Shown: one piece after another, positions 50,145 through 59,685 of the stretch
How positions within the stretch are numbered: position 1 is the stretch's first letter
Layout of the letters: every line of letters starts with the position of its first letter
Source of the DNA: Gammaproteobacteria bacterium
GTDB taxonomy: Bacteria; Pseudomonadota; Gammaproteobacteria; Steroidobacterales; UBA11654
Direction: 5' to 3'
Length of the DNA stretch: 64,000 nucleotides
NCBI GenBank assembly: GCA_029242945.1
Contig: JAQWSZ010000017.1
Location: 14,970-78,969, forward strand
Notes under the pieces: model-generated
What the model saw: the letters and a program-made list of their open reading frames with translations, nothing else
Databases searched by the model: none
Told to the model about the DNA's origin: nothing
Position numbers and translations under genes: made by a program

Positions 50145-50903
50145 ATGAGCTCTATCAAAAAACCATTAATTGGAATTGTTTGCTGTAAGCGCAAGCAAGA
50201 CGGCCATTATTTTCATATGGTTGGAGAGAAATACATCAATGCTATTAATAATCACTCAGGCTGCACTGGTGTTTTAGTTCCAATTGACCAGGAAGAAGAT
50301 ATTAATCTTTCTATTATAGAAAAGGTGGACGGTTTTTTATTAACAGGAAGCTTGTCGAATGTTCATCCCAAGATGTATCAAGAGAATCTCATTAATGCAG
50401 AGATGATGTTAGATGAGTCTAGAGATCAATTTGTTTTTTCAATGATTAGAACAATTATAAAAAAACATATACCTCTCTTAGCGATATGCAGAGGTTTTCA
50501 AGAAATGAATGTAGCTTTTGGAGGAAAACTTTATCAGGATCTTGAGCTTGAATCAAACCATACAGGACATGACTTTGATCGAAATCAATCGCATGATATT
50601 CAATATGGATTCAGTCACGAAGTGAAGCTATCAAATAATGGATTACTTCATAATTTAACTGGACTTGATAAGGCAGAAGTGAATTCACTTCACACACAAG
50701 GAGTTAAACAATTAGGCGAAGGGCTTATGATTGAAGCGGTAAGCCATGAAGGCCTGGTAGAAGCCTTTACTGTCGAAGAAGCTGAGAGTTTTAACCTTTC
50801 TGTTCAATGGCATCCTGAATGGCAGCCTCATAATAGCTTTCTTTCTCAAGCAATTTTTGATGCTTTTGGAGTAGCCTGTAGAGATTTTCAAAACCAATCA
50901 TGA
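50145..50903 (+). CDS. puuD: gamma-glutamyl-gamma-aminobutyrate hydrolase (peptidase C26)
   Basis: LLTGSLSNVHP, AICRGFQEMNV, VNSLHTQG and VQWHPE. Polyamine cluster context. Confidence 0.88.
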   Translation: MSSIKKPLIGIVCCKRKQDGHYFHMVGEKYINAINNHSGCTGVLVPIDQEEDINLSIIEKVDGFLLTGSLSNVHPKMYQENLINAEMMLDESRDQFVFSMIRTIIKKHIPLLAICRGFQEMNVAFGGKLYQDLELESNHTGHDFDRNQSHDIQYGFSHEVKLSNNGLLHNLTGLDKAEVNSLHTQGVKQLGEGLMIEAVSHEGLVEAFTVEEAESFNLSVQWHPEWQPHNSFLSQAIFDAFGVACRDFQNQS

Positions 50904-52237
50904 AAGATAAAGAGTTATCCAGTTGGTTTAATGAGTATTCTATTCAGGAAGTGGAGGTTATCGTTCCCGATATGGCAGGAATTGCTAGAGGCAAAATGCT
51001 GCCTGCTGAAAAATTTATAAAACAATCTGAAATGCGTTTGCCTGAATCTGTTTTTATCCAAACTGTCACAGGCGAGTTTATCAATGAGCCGGTCATTAAT
51101 CCTGCAGACAGGGATATAATAGTTAGGCCAGATCTAAACACACTTAGAAGATTACCTTGGGCTAAAGAAGCAGCGGCATCTGTGATTAATGATTGTTTTT
51201 ATGAAGATGGATCTGCTGTGAATATTTCACCAAGACAGGTGTTAAAAAATGTACTGCAAGCCTATAAAGATAAAAATATGGTTCCAGTTGTTGCCCCAGA
51301 ACTTGAGTTTTATCTAGTCAAAAGAAATACAGAGCCCAATATGGAGGTTGAACCTCCCATTGGTCGTTCGGGTAGGCAAGAAACCGTTCGTCAGCCATTT
51401 AGTATAGATGCATTGGATGAGTTTGAACCAGTTATTGATGAGATTCATCGATATGCTGAGGCAATGAATATCAAGATTGATACTTTAGAGCATGAAATGG
51501 GAACAGCCCAATTGGAGATCAATTTTGAGCATGGAGATCCACTCTATATATGCGATCAAGTTTTGATGTTCAAAAGAATCGTTAAAGAGGCAGCAATGCG
51601 TCATAATATTTATGCTACCTTTATGTCCAAGCCTATGCAGTTTGAGCCCGGGAGTGCGATGCATTGGCATATATCAGTTGTAAATAAAGAAAGTGGTGAG
51701 AATGTGTTTAATGATGAAAAAGATCAGGAAACTGATTTATTTAAACACTTCATTGGTGGATTACAAAAATACATTCCAGAATCCATCGTGTTTAATGCAC
51801 CTTATGTAAACTCATACCGACGATTTACAAGATGGCAAAATGCACCGATTAATCTTTATTGGGGTTATGATAATAGAACAACAGGTCTGAGAGTTCCTTC
51901 TTCCTCTCCTGCTAATAGACGTATCGAAAATAGAATTGGCGGAGCAGACGTTAATCCATATTTATCCATTGCAGCTTCTTTAGCATGTGGTTTTTTAGGA
52001 ATGAAAGAAAAGATAGAGCCAAGCATGCCTGAGGATTCAAATGCTTATAACTTACCTTTTAAATTGCCCCAGAATTTATCATCAGCTACTGATATGCTAG
52101 AACAAAGCGAGGCTATGCAGATGCTGATGGGTGACCGTTTTTTACAAGTTTATATAGCTATAAAAAGATATGAATACAATAAGTATTTCGAAGTGATTAG
52201 TCCTTGGGAGCGAGAATATTTACTATTGAGTGTATAG
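50900..52237 (+). CDS. puuA: glutamate-putrescine ligase (glutamine synthetase-like, PuuA/SpuI type)
   Basis: PDMAGIARGK, APELEFY, HEMGTAQLEIN, FMSKP..PGSAMH and RIENRIGGADVNPY. Cluster context. Confidence 0.82.
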   Translation: MKDKELSSWFNEYSIQEVEVIVPDMAGIARGKMLPAEKFIKQSEMRLPESVFIQTVTGEFINEPVINPADRDIIVRPDLNTLRRLPWAKEAAASVINDCFYEDGSAVNISPRQVLKNVLQAYKDKNMVPVVAPELEFYLVKRNTEPNMEVEPPIGRSGRQETVRQPFSIDALDEFEPVIDEIHRYAEAMNIKIDTLEHEMGTAQLEINFEHGDPLYICDQVLMFKRIVKEAAMRHNIYATFMSKPMQFEPGSAMHWHISVVNKESGENVFNDEKDQETDLFKHFIGGLQKYIPESIVFNAPYVNSYRRFTRWQNAPINLYWGYDNRTTGLRVPSSSPANRRIENRIGGADVNPYLSIAASLACGFLGMKEKIEPSMPEDSNAYNLPFKLPQNLSSATDMLEQSEAMQMLMGDRFLQVYIAIKRYEYNKYFEVISPWEREYLLLSV

Positions 52238-52239
52238 GT

Positions 52240-53598
52240 ATGAAAGAAGAACTACATAATTGGCAACAAATGGATAGCGATCATTTCTTACATCCATTCA
52301 CCGACCATAATGATTTATCTAAAAAAGGGACCAGAGTTATTACCAAAGGGGATGGGATATATATTTGGGATTCCGAAGGGAATAAAATTTTAGATGGAAT
52401 GTCTGGTCTGTGGTGCGTTAGTTTAGGCTATGGCAATAATGAGCTTATAGAAGCTGCATATAATCAAATGAAAGAATTACCTTACTACAATAGTTTTTTT
52501 CAGTGCGCTCATCCACCTGCTATTGAGCTCAGTCAGAAAATAAGCAGCATTGCTCCTGAATCACTCAACCATGTTTTTTTTACAGGCTCTGGCTCTGAAG
52601 CAAACGATACCATGGTTAGAATGGCTAGGCGTTATTGGCAATTACAAGGGAAACCAGAAAAACAAATTATCATAGCTAGAAACAATGCTTATCATGGCAG
52701 CACAGTTGCGGGCGCTAGTCTGGGCGGTATGACAGGTATGCATGAGCAGGGCGGATTGCCCATTCCAAATATCCAACATATATCACAGCCTTATTGGTTT
52801 GAAGAAGGCGGCGATTTGGATCAAGATTCTTTTGGTTTGAAAGTAGCAAGAGATCTAGAGCAAGCCATTGTTGAGTATGGAATTGATAATATTGCTGCTT
52901 TCATTGCCGAACCTATTCAAGGAGCTGGCGGTGTTATTATTCCACCAGAGACCTACTGGCCAGAGATACAGAGAATCTGTGATGATTATGAAATACTATT
53001 AGTAGCCGACGAGGTCATTACTGGCTTTGGCAGAATGGGTGATTGGTTTGCAACTGAAACATATAATATAAAGCCGGACTTTATACCATTCGCTAAAGGA
53101 GTGACATCTGGTTATTTGCCCCTAGGAGGTTTACTGGTCAGTGATCGTGTCGCTGATATTATCATTAGCAAAGGTGGAGAATTTACACATGGGTTTACTT
53201 ACTCAGGACATCCAGCTGCTTGTGCAGTTGCTATTGCGACCATAAACTTTATTGAAAGAGAGAATGTACTAGAAACAGTCAAACACCAAACAGCGCCTTA
53301 TCTAAAAGAACAATGGGAATCTCTAAGTACTCATGAATTAGTCGGAGAAGCCAGAATCAAGGGCATGGTTGCTGCCATTGAATTAACAAAAGAACATAGA
53401 ACAAGGTATGCATCAACGATAGCGGCAGGCTCGGTTTGTAGAGATTTAGCAATTGATCATGGATTGGTCATGAGGGCAGTTGGCGACACTATGATTATAG
53501 CACCGCCACTCATCATTACTGAGCAACAAATAGATGAGTTGATTGATAAAACCAGAAATACTCTTGATGCAACTTTAAAAATGATAAAGTCACTATAA
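52240..53598 (+). CDS. spuC: class III aminotransferase, putrescine:pyruvate type
   Basis: HFLHPFTD, DGMSGLWC, AEPIQGAGG, DEVITGFGR, AKG and HGFTYSGHP. Start ATG 52240. Confidence 0.85.
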   Translation: MKEELHNWQQMDSDHFLHPFTDHNDLSKKGTRVITKGDGIYIWDSEGNKILDGMSGLWCVSLGYGNNELIEAAYNQMKELPYYNSFFQCAHPPAIELSQKISSIAPESLNHVFFTGSGSEANDTMVRMARRYWQLQGKPEKQIIIARNNAYHGSTVAGASLGGMTGMHEQGGLPIPNIQHISQPYWFEEGGDLDQDSFGLKVARDLEQAIVEYGIDNIAAFIAEPIQGAGGVIIPPETYWPEIQRICDDYEILLVADEVITGFGRMGDWFATETYNIKPDFIPFAKGVTSGYLPLGGLLVSDRVADIIISKGGEFTHGFTYSGHPAACAVAIATINFIERENVLETVKHQTAPYLKEQWESLSTHELVGEARIKGMVAAIELTKEHRTRYASTIAAGSVCRDLAIDHGLVMRAVGDTMIIAPPLIITEQQIDELIDKTRNTLDATLKMIKSL

Positions 53599-53614
53599 GT
53601 CCAATTGCTCAGTC

Positions 53615-54901
53615 ATGAATAATCAGTCAGAGAGTCCCGATTCATACTACTTGCATTCAGCAAATAACATTACAACTCGTAGACAATTAACAGAGTCAGT
53701 TGATGCAGATGTGTGTGTCATAGGAGGCGGTTATACAGGGCTATTGACGGCACTCAATTTGGCAGAGAAAAATTATAAGGTAGTATTGCTCGAAGCGAGA
53801 AAGGTCGGTTGGGGAGCTTCCGGAAGGAATGGAGGTCAGGTGGGCAGTGGTCATAATAAAAAAATTAATGATTTAGAGAATGATTATGGAAAAGATCTTG
53901 CAACTCGTCTTTGGGATCTTGCAGAAGATGCTAAAGAGATAGTTCGTAATAGAATTGAACAACATAAAATTGATTGCGATCTCTGCTATGGGAATATGGC
54001 AGTATCAGATGATATAAGAGATCAAAAGAAGCATCAGGAGTATGTCGATAAGCTCAATCATGATTATGATTATGATTTGATTTCGTACCTCAGTGAGCAA
54101 GAAGTTTATGATATGTTTCATAGCCCATTTTTTAAAGGAGGAGGCTCTTTGGATATGGGAGGCATGCATCTGCATCCACTCAACTATGCATTGGGGCTTG
54201 CTGAAGCTGCAGAAAGAGCAGGGGTAATGATTTTTGAAGAGTCAGAAGTCATTGATTATCAAGGACAAGAAAAAAAGGTTGTTTATACAAAGAAAGGACA
54301 AGTTAATACCAGTACCATAGTTTTAGCCTGCAATGCGTATCTTGAGAAACTAGAAAAAAAGATTGCGGGTAAGATTATGCCCATTAATAATTTTATGTTA
54401 GCAACAGAACCATTGGACGAGGATGAAGCTCGTTACATCAATAAAGATAATGTTTGTGCTCATGATAATAAGTTTCATGTTCACTATTTTAGAATGTCCC
54501 AAGATAATCGACTTTTATTTGGTGGTGGTGAAAATTACACCACAAAATTTCCTAGTAATCTTAAATCCTATGTCAGAAATACAATGCTTGATGTATTTCC
54601 AAAACTTGAGAAAAAGAAAATTGATTTCGCTTGGGGTGGGACCATTGCTGTGACTGTCAATAGGATGCCACATATTGGTAAGCTGGACTCTGGCGTTTAT
54701 TTTTCACATGGATTTTCTGGCCATGGTGTTGCTATGGCCTCCTTGGCAGGAACAATTATGGCTGAGGCAATAGATGGATTGTCTAAACGTTTTGATGTTT
54801 TTAATGAGGTTAAGATACATACCTATCCAGGCGGGACTTTACTTCGATGGCCAGGTTTTTATTTAGGCATGCTGTATTTTTCCCTACGAGATAGGCTATG
54901 A
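53615..54901 (+). CDS. puuB: gamma-glutamylputrescine oxidase-like FAD oxidoreductase
   Basis: GGGYTG, GASGRNGGQ, HLHPLNYALGLA and GFSGHGV. Cluster context. Confidence 0.82.
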   Translation: MNNQSESPDSYYLHSANNITTRRQLTESVDADVCVIGGGYTGLLTALNLAEKNYKVVLLEARKVGWGASGRNGGQVGSGHNKKINDLENDYGKDLATRLWDLAEDAKEIVRNRIEQHKIDCDLCYGNMAVSDDIRDQKKHQEYVDKLNHDYDYDLISYLSEQEVYDMFHSPFFKGGGSLDMGGMHLHPLNYALGLAEAAERAGVMIFEESEVIDYQGQEKKVVYTKKGQVNTSTIVLACNAYLEKLEKKIAGKIMPINNFMLATEPLDEDEARYINKDNVCAHDNKFHVHYFRMSQDNRLLFGGGENYTTKFPSNLKSYVRNTMLDVFPKLEKKKIDFAWGGTIAVTVNRMPHIGKLDSGVYFSHGFSGHGVAMASLAGTIMAEAIDGLSKRFDVFNEVKIHTYPGGTLLRWPGFYLGMLYFSLRDRL

Positions 54902-55992
54902 AAAAAGTTTTAGTATTTTTTTGTCTGACATTCATTATTTTTTTTAATTCTACCTCTGCTGTTACTAATGAGGTGAGAGTTTATAACTGGTCTGATTATA
55001 TTGATAATTCGGTCATTGATGACTTTGAGTCAATGACAGGGATTAAAGTTATTTATGATGTGTTTGATAGTAATGAGGTGCTTGAAGGAAAATTACTTGC
55101 CGGCAATACTGGTTATGACATCGTCGGTCCCAGTATTGAATATCTGGGTCGTCAGGTCATTGCAGGAGTTCATCAAAGACTGAACAAGGAATTCATTCCG
55201 AATTTACGTTATTTAGAACCAGAGATGATGAAAATGTTAGCCACAATGGATCCAGGGAATGATTATGCAATTCCTTATTTATGGGGCACAACAGGGATTG
55301 GTTATAACAAAGATAAAGCAAAAGAAATCATGGGTGAAGATTTTAAGATGGACAGCTTTGATGTGATTTTTGAACCAAAAATAATTAAGCAGTTTGAGCA
55401 GTGTGGTATAGCATTTCTTGATGCACCCAGTGAAGTTTTTAAAGCTGCTTTATTTTACTTAGGATTGAATCCTAATACGAAAAACCCAAGAGATTATCAA
55501 GGTGAAGCGTATCAGCTGCTTAAGGATATTCGACCATATATCAGATATTTTCACTCATCCCAATATATCAATGATCTTGCCAATGGAGAGATTTGTTTAG
55601 TATTTGGGTGGAGTGGTGATATTTTACAATCAGGTGATCGTGCAGAAGAAGCAGGCAATGGTATTAACATTGGTTATGAGATTCCAAAAGAAGGGGCTCA
55701 AATGTGGGTGGACATGATGGCCATTCCTAATGATGCACCAAATGCTAAAAATGCACATTTATTTCTTAATTTCATTTTACAACCCAAGATGATGGCAAGA
55801 ATTTCTAATAAAGTTAAGTTTGCCAATGCAAATGAACAATCCAAAGACTTTATCTCTCAGGATATTTTGAATAATCCAACAATTTACCCTAGCCAAGAAA
55901 CAGTCAAAAAATTATTTATAGCAGAGATTGCGAATCCAAGAGTTGACCGTATGATGACTAGACAATGGATTAATATTAAAACGAATCGATGA
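54898..55992 (+). CDS. potF: putrescine/polyamine-binding periplasmic protein (PotF/SpuD)
   Basis: YNWSDYI, YDVFDSNEVLE, PYLWGTTGIGYN, GWSGD and IPKEG. Confidence 0.88.
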   Translation: MKKVLVFFCLTFIIFFNSTSAVTNEVRVYNWSDYIDNSVIDDFESMTGIKVIYDVFDSNEVLEGKLLAGNTGYDIVGPSIEYLGRQVIAGVHQRLNKEFIPNLRYLEPEMMKMLATMDPGNDYAIPYLWGTTGIGYNKDKAKEIMGEDFKMDSFDVIFEPKIIKQFEQCGIAFLDAPSEVFKAALFYLGLNPNTKNPRDYQGEAYQLLKDIRPYIRYFHSSQYINDLANGEICLVFGWSGDILQSGDRAEEAGNGINIGYEIPKEGAQMWVDMMAIPNDAPNAKNAHLFLNFILQPKMMARISNKVKFANANEQSKDFISQDILNNPTIYPSQETVKKLFIAEIANPRVDRMMTRQWINIKTNR

Positions 55993-57704
55993 AAGAAATA
56001 AATATTAGATGCTTAGTCTTATCAACCTTTATTGTTTCATGTCTATTTTTTGAAAACACCTTATCTAAGATATCGTTTAGCAAAGTAGCCTATATTAATG
56101 GCTCCATACATACTTTCAATCAAGATTTGTCTATCGTTGATTCATTATTGGTGGAGGATGGGCTTATTACCAAAGTTGGCCCTAGAGATTTAATTATTGA
56201 TGAAATTGATGAAGATACTCAAGTTATTGATTTAAATGGTAAAATGATGATGCCATCTTTTCATGATGCGCATTCTCATCCCATTTGGGATGGCATCAAT
56301 CAATTGAAATGTGTGCTGACTGATTTATATGATTTACAGAGTATTAAGGATGTACTGAGAGACTGTTTGGAGAGCGAACTGACGAAATCAACAGGATGGA
56401 TTGTAGGTTCTGGATTGAATATAGGTCTCTTTCCTTCAGGCAATCCAAATAAATCTATATTGGATGACATCAGTAAAGATATTCCTATTATTCTTTGGGC
56501 CAATGATGGCCATAGCGGACTTGCAAATAGTAAGGCTCTTGAATTAGCCAATATTACAAGTGATACAAAAGAACCTCTATATGGAGTAATTGAAAGAGAC
56601 CTCATGACTGGTGAGCCTAGTGGAACATTAAGGGAGTCATCAGCAATCAATGCAGTACTAGATCTTGCTCCAAAAGATACAGATGTTGATTATGATAAAG
56701 GATTGAGTATCGCACAGGATATGGCTCATAGTTTTGGTATTACCTCAGTACTAGAGGCAGCCGTTGGCGAACGCCATATGGCAGCCTATAAGAGAGCCGC
56801 TGAGCGAGAAGAGTTAGAGCTCAGGGTCTTTACATGCCTGGAGTATGGTAAAACTAGTTTTGCTCATGATGCGAGTACCTTTGAAGATGTGTATCAAAGA
56901 CTAGAGCAATTTAATCATCCACGACTCAATGTTAACTGTGTAAAAATATTTATTGATGGTGTTTTAGAGGGACAAACTGGTGCATTGTTGGAGCCGTACT
57001 TGGATTCAGGAAATATTGGGGAGCTTATCTTAGAAAAAGACTCTCTCAATAAGGCAGTTGCACGTTTTGATTCTGAAAATAGACAAGTGCACACACATGC
57101 TATTGGCGATCGTGCTGTTCGGGCTGCATTAGACGCATATGAATACGCTCTTAAAGAGAATGGGACTCTTGATAATCGTCATCATATTTCTCATTTGCAA
57201 ATGATTAGTAAAGTCGATATTCCAAGATTCTCTGAATTGAATGTTGCTGCCACGTTTCAAGCTGCATGGGCTATGCCTGATGAATATATCACAGGAATAA
57301 ATATTCCTGAAATTGGTATTGAGAGAGTCAATAGAATGTATCCAATTCACAGTGTTTTTCAGTCAGGGGGGTTGATTGTTGGTGGCAGTGATTGGGCTGT
57401 GACAACAATGAATCCATTCATAGCCATAGAGACTGCAATGAGAAGAGAGGATCCAGACGGAAGACTCAAAGGTATATTGAATCCAGATGAAAGAATGGGA
57501 TTAACTGAAATGTTAAAGGCATATACCATTAATGCTGCCTACATCATGCATCAAGATCATATTACAGGTTCACTGGAGGTGGGTAAGTTTGCTGATTTGA
57601 TTATTCTAGATAAAAATTTATATGATATTACACCGAATGAAATTAGTGAGGTTCGAGTTTTAGAGACAATCATAGAAGGCACAACTGTTTTCAAGATAGA
57701 ATAA
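55989..57704 (+). CDS. amidohydrolase_3 family (YtcJ-like) metallohydrolase
   Basis: PSFHDAHSH, VKIFIDG, HAIGDRA, GSDW and GSLEVGKFADL. Confidence 0.9.
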   Translation: MKEINIRCLVLSTFIVSCLFFENTLSKISFSKVAYINGSIHTFNQDLSIVDSLLVEDGLITKVGPRDLIIDEIDEDTQVIDLNGKMMMPSFHDAHSHPIWDGINQLKCVLTDLYDLQSIKDVLRDCLESELTKSTGWIVGSGLNIGLFPSGNPNKSILDDISKDIPIILWANDGHSGLANSKALELANITSDTKEPLYGVIERDLMTGEPSGTLRESSAINAVLDLAPKDTDVDYDKGLSIAQDMAHSFGITSVLEAAVGERHMAAYKRAAEREELELRVFTCLEYGKTSFAHDASTFEDVYQRLEQFNHPRLNVNCVKIFIDGVLEGQTGALLEPYLDSGNIGELILEKDSLNKAVARFDSENRQVHTHAIGDRAVRAALDAYEYALKENGTLDNRHHISHLQMISKVDIPRFSELNVAATFQAAWAMPDEYITGINIPEIGIERVNRMYPIHSVFQSGGLIVGGSDWAVTTMNPFIAIETAMRREDPDGRLKGILNPDERMGLTEMLKAYTINAAYIMHQDHITGSLEVGKFADLIILDKNLYDITPNEISEVRVLETIIEGTTVFKIE

Positions 57705-57711
57705 TTATTCA

Positions 57712-59682
57712 ATGAGAAATAAGAATAAAATTACAAGGAGAGATTTTATTAATGGCGTGAGTTATGGTTTGGCAGCTTCAGTTGCTCCCATTGATTTTTT
57801 AAATGCTAATAATATTAATCCTTATAAATATCCTCCAGCTCTAACCGGCATCAGAGGGAATCATCCCGGTTCTTTCGATCATGCTCATAGGCTGGCCTTA
57901 GCCGGTGGTAATTTCTTTGACGAGGTGATAGATCTTGGCGAGACCAATGACTTAATTGTTGTGGGGGCAGGCATATCAGGTTTGTCAGCATCACACTTTT
58001 ATAAAGAGCGAACATGCGCTAATCAAAAGATTCTTATTTTAGATAATCACGATGATTTTGGAGGCCATGCAAAACGCAATGAGTTCCAAGTGAATGGAAG
58101 GCAAATGTTAACCTATGGAGGAAGTCAATCAATAGAATCCCCAAGTTATTACCAAGAAATATCTAAACAATTAATAGCTGATCTTGGCATTGATGTTCAA
58201 AAGTTTTACAGTGCCTATGATTTTGATTATTTCAAGGAAAGAAATCTCAGATCTTCATTCTATTTTGATAAGAAAACATATGGTCAAGACAAGATTGTTC
58301 AAGATGTCCCAAGCTATAGATATGATATCGCCTATAAGACAAACACTAAGCCGGAGAATATAAAAAAAGTTGTAGCTGAGATGCCAATATCAGATCAAGC
58401 AAAGAAAGAATTTACCCAACTATTTTTAGACAAAACTGATTTTTTCCCCGACATGACTTTAGAAGAAAAATATTATTATCTAGAGAATATCAGTTATGAA
58501 GATTACTTGAGAAAGTTTCATAATGTTGGTGATGAGACTATTGGGCTTCTGCACAGAATGCTTTGGGCATTATGGGGTGTTGGAACAGAATCTATACCTG
58601 CTTTCGGTTGCTTTTCTGATGGCTTGCCAGGCTTTGCTGGCCTTGGTTTTACTGAACAAGAAGATGATTCACCAAAACCTGAAAATGAAATGTACGATCT
58701 TCCAGCCTACGATGAGACCATTGAAGAATATATGAGCAATAATGAAACTTCTGAAGAGCCATATATTTTTCATTTCCCAGACGGCAATGCAAGTATTGCA
58801 AGAATGCTTGTGAGAAAGATGATTCCAAATGCCATACCTGGAAAAACGATGGAGGATATTGTGACTGCTAAAGCTGATTATTCACAATTAGATATATCCA
58901 ACCAAAATATAAATATTCGCCTCAATAGTACCGTTATATCTGCAAGGAATGTTAAAGATGGCGTAGAAGTGATATATATAAATCAGGGCAATTTATATAA
59001 AGTTTCGGGTAAGAAGTGCATTTTAGCTTGTTACAATGGAATTATTCCTGACCTTTGCCCCCAATTACCCGAGAAGCAAAAAGAGGCTTTACAATATAAC
59101 GTTAAAGTGCCGCTGGTCTGGGTGCAAGTGGCTATGAAAAACTGGCATATGTTTGCAAAAAATGGAGTTTTTAGAGCGATTTGTCCAAACTCATTTTTTA
59201 ATAATATGTATGTAGACTTCCCAGTCAGCATTGGTGATTATCAATACCCCCAGTCTTTTGATGAACCAGTAGTCTTCATGATGAATCATGTTCCAACGAG
59301 GCCCTATGAAGGATTAACTAATAGAGAGCAACATAGAAAGGGTCGATACGACATCCTGAAGATGAGCTATCAAGATTATGAGGATAAATTATTTGATCAA
59401 TTAAAAGGTATGTTCGGTTCAGACTTTAAGGAGGAGAATGTAGCAGGAATCACTATCAATCGCTGGGCACATGGCTACTCATATGAATACAACAGTTTAT
59501 TCGACAATGCTTATTTTGGAGGACGAATGCCCGATAGCATGGATGATGAGAGATACCCTCACGTGATTGGTAGAAAACCTTTTGGAAATATATCCATTGC
59601 AAATTCCGATGCTGGTGGCTCTGCCTATGTAGATGCTGCCATCGTCCAAGCGGATAGGGCTGTGAATGAGTTATTAAGCTAA
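57712..59682 (+). CDS. spdH: spermidine dehydrogenase-like FAD protein (Tat substrate)
   Basis: ITRRDFING, YPPALTGIRGNHPGSF, DNHDDFGGHAKRNEF, HFPDGNASIAR, NRWAHGY and IANSDA. Confidence 0.82.
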   Translation: MRNKNKITRRDFINGVSYGLAASVAPIDFLNANNINPYKYPPALTGIRGNHPGSFDHAHRLALAGGNFFDEVIDLGETNDLIVVGAGISGLSASHFYKERTCANQKILILDNHDDFGGHAKRNEFQVNGRQMLTYGGSQSIESPSYYQEISKQLIADLGIDVQKFYSAYDFDYFKERNLRSSFYFDKKTYGQDKIVQDVPSYRYDIAYKTNTKPENIKKVVAEMPISDQAKKEFTQLFLDKTDFFPDMTLEEKYYYLENISYEDYLRKFHNVGDETIGLLHRMLWALWGVGTESIPAFGCFSDGLPGFAGLGFTEQEDDSPKPENEMYDLPAYDETIEEYMSNNETSEEPYIFHFPDGNASIARMLVRKMIPNAIPGKTMEDIVTAKADYSQLDISNQNINIRLNSTVISARNVKDGVEVIYINQGNLYKVSGKKCILACYNGIIPDLCPQLPEKQKEALQYNVKVPLVWVQVAMKNWHMFAKNGVFRAICPNSFFNNMYVDFPVSIGDYQYPQSFDEPVVFMMNHVPTRPYEGLTNREQHRKGRYDILKMSYQDYEDKLFDQLKGMFGSDFKEENVAGITINRWAHGYSYEYNSLFDNAYFGGRMPDSMDDERYPHVIGRKPFGNISIANSDAGGSAYVDAAIVQADRAVNELLS

Positions 59683-59685
59683 CAA

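Noticed and set aside
50900..52237. True glutamine synthetase glnA
   Set aside because: Sequence style and the puuD/spuC/puuB context indicate a gamma-glutamyl-polyamine ligase.
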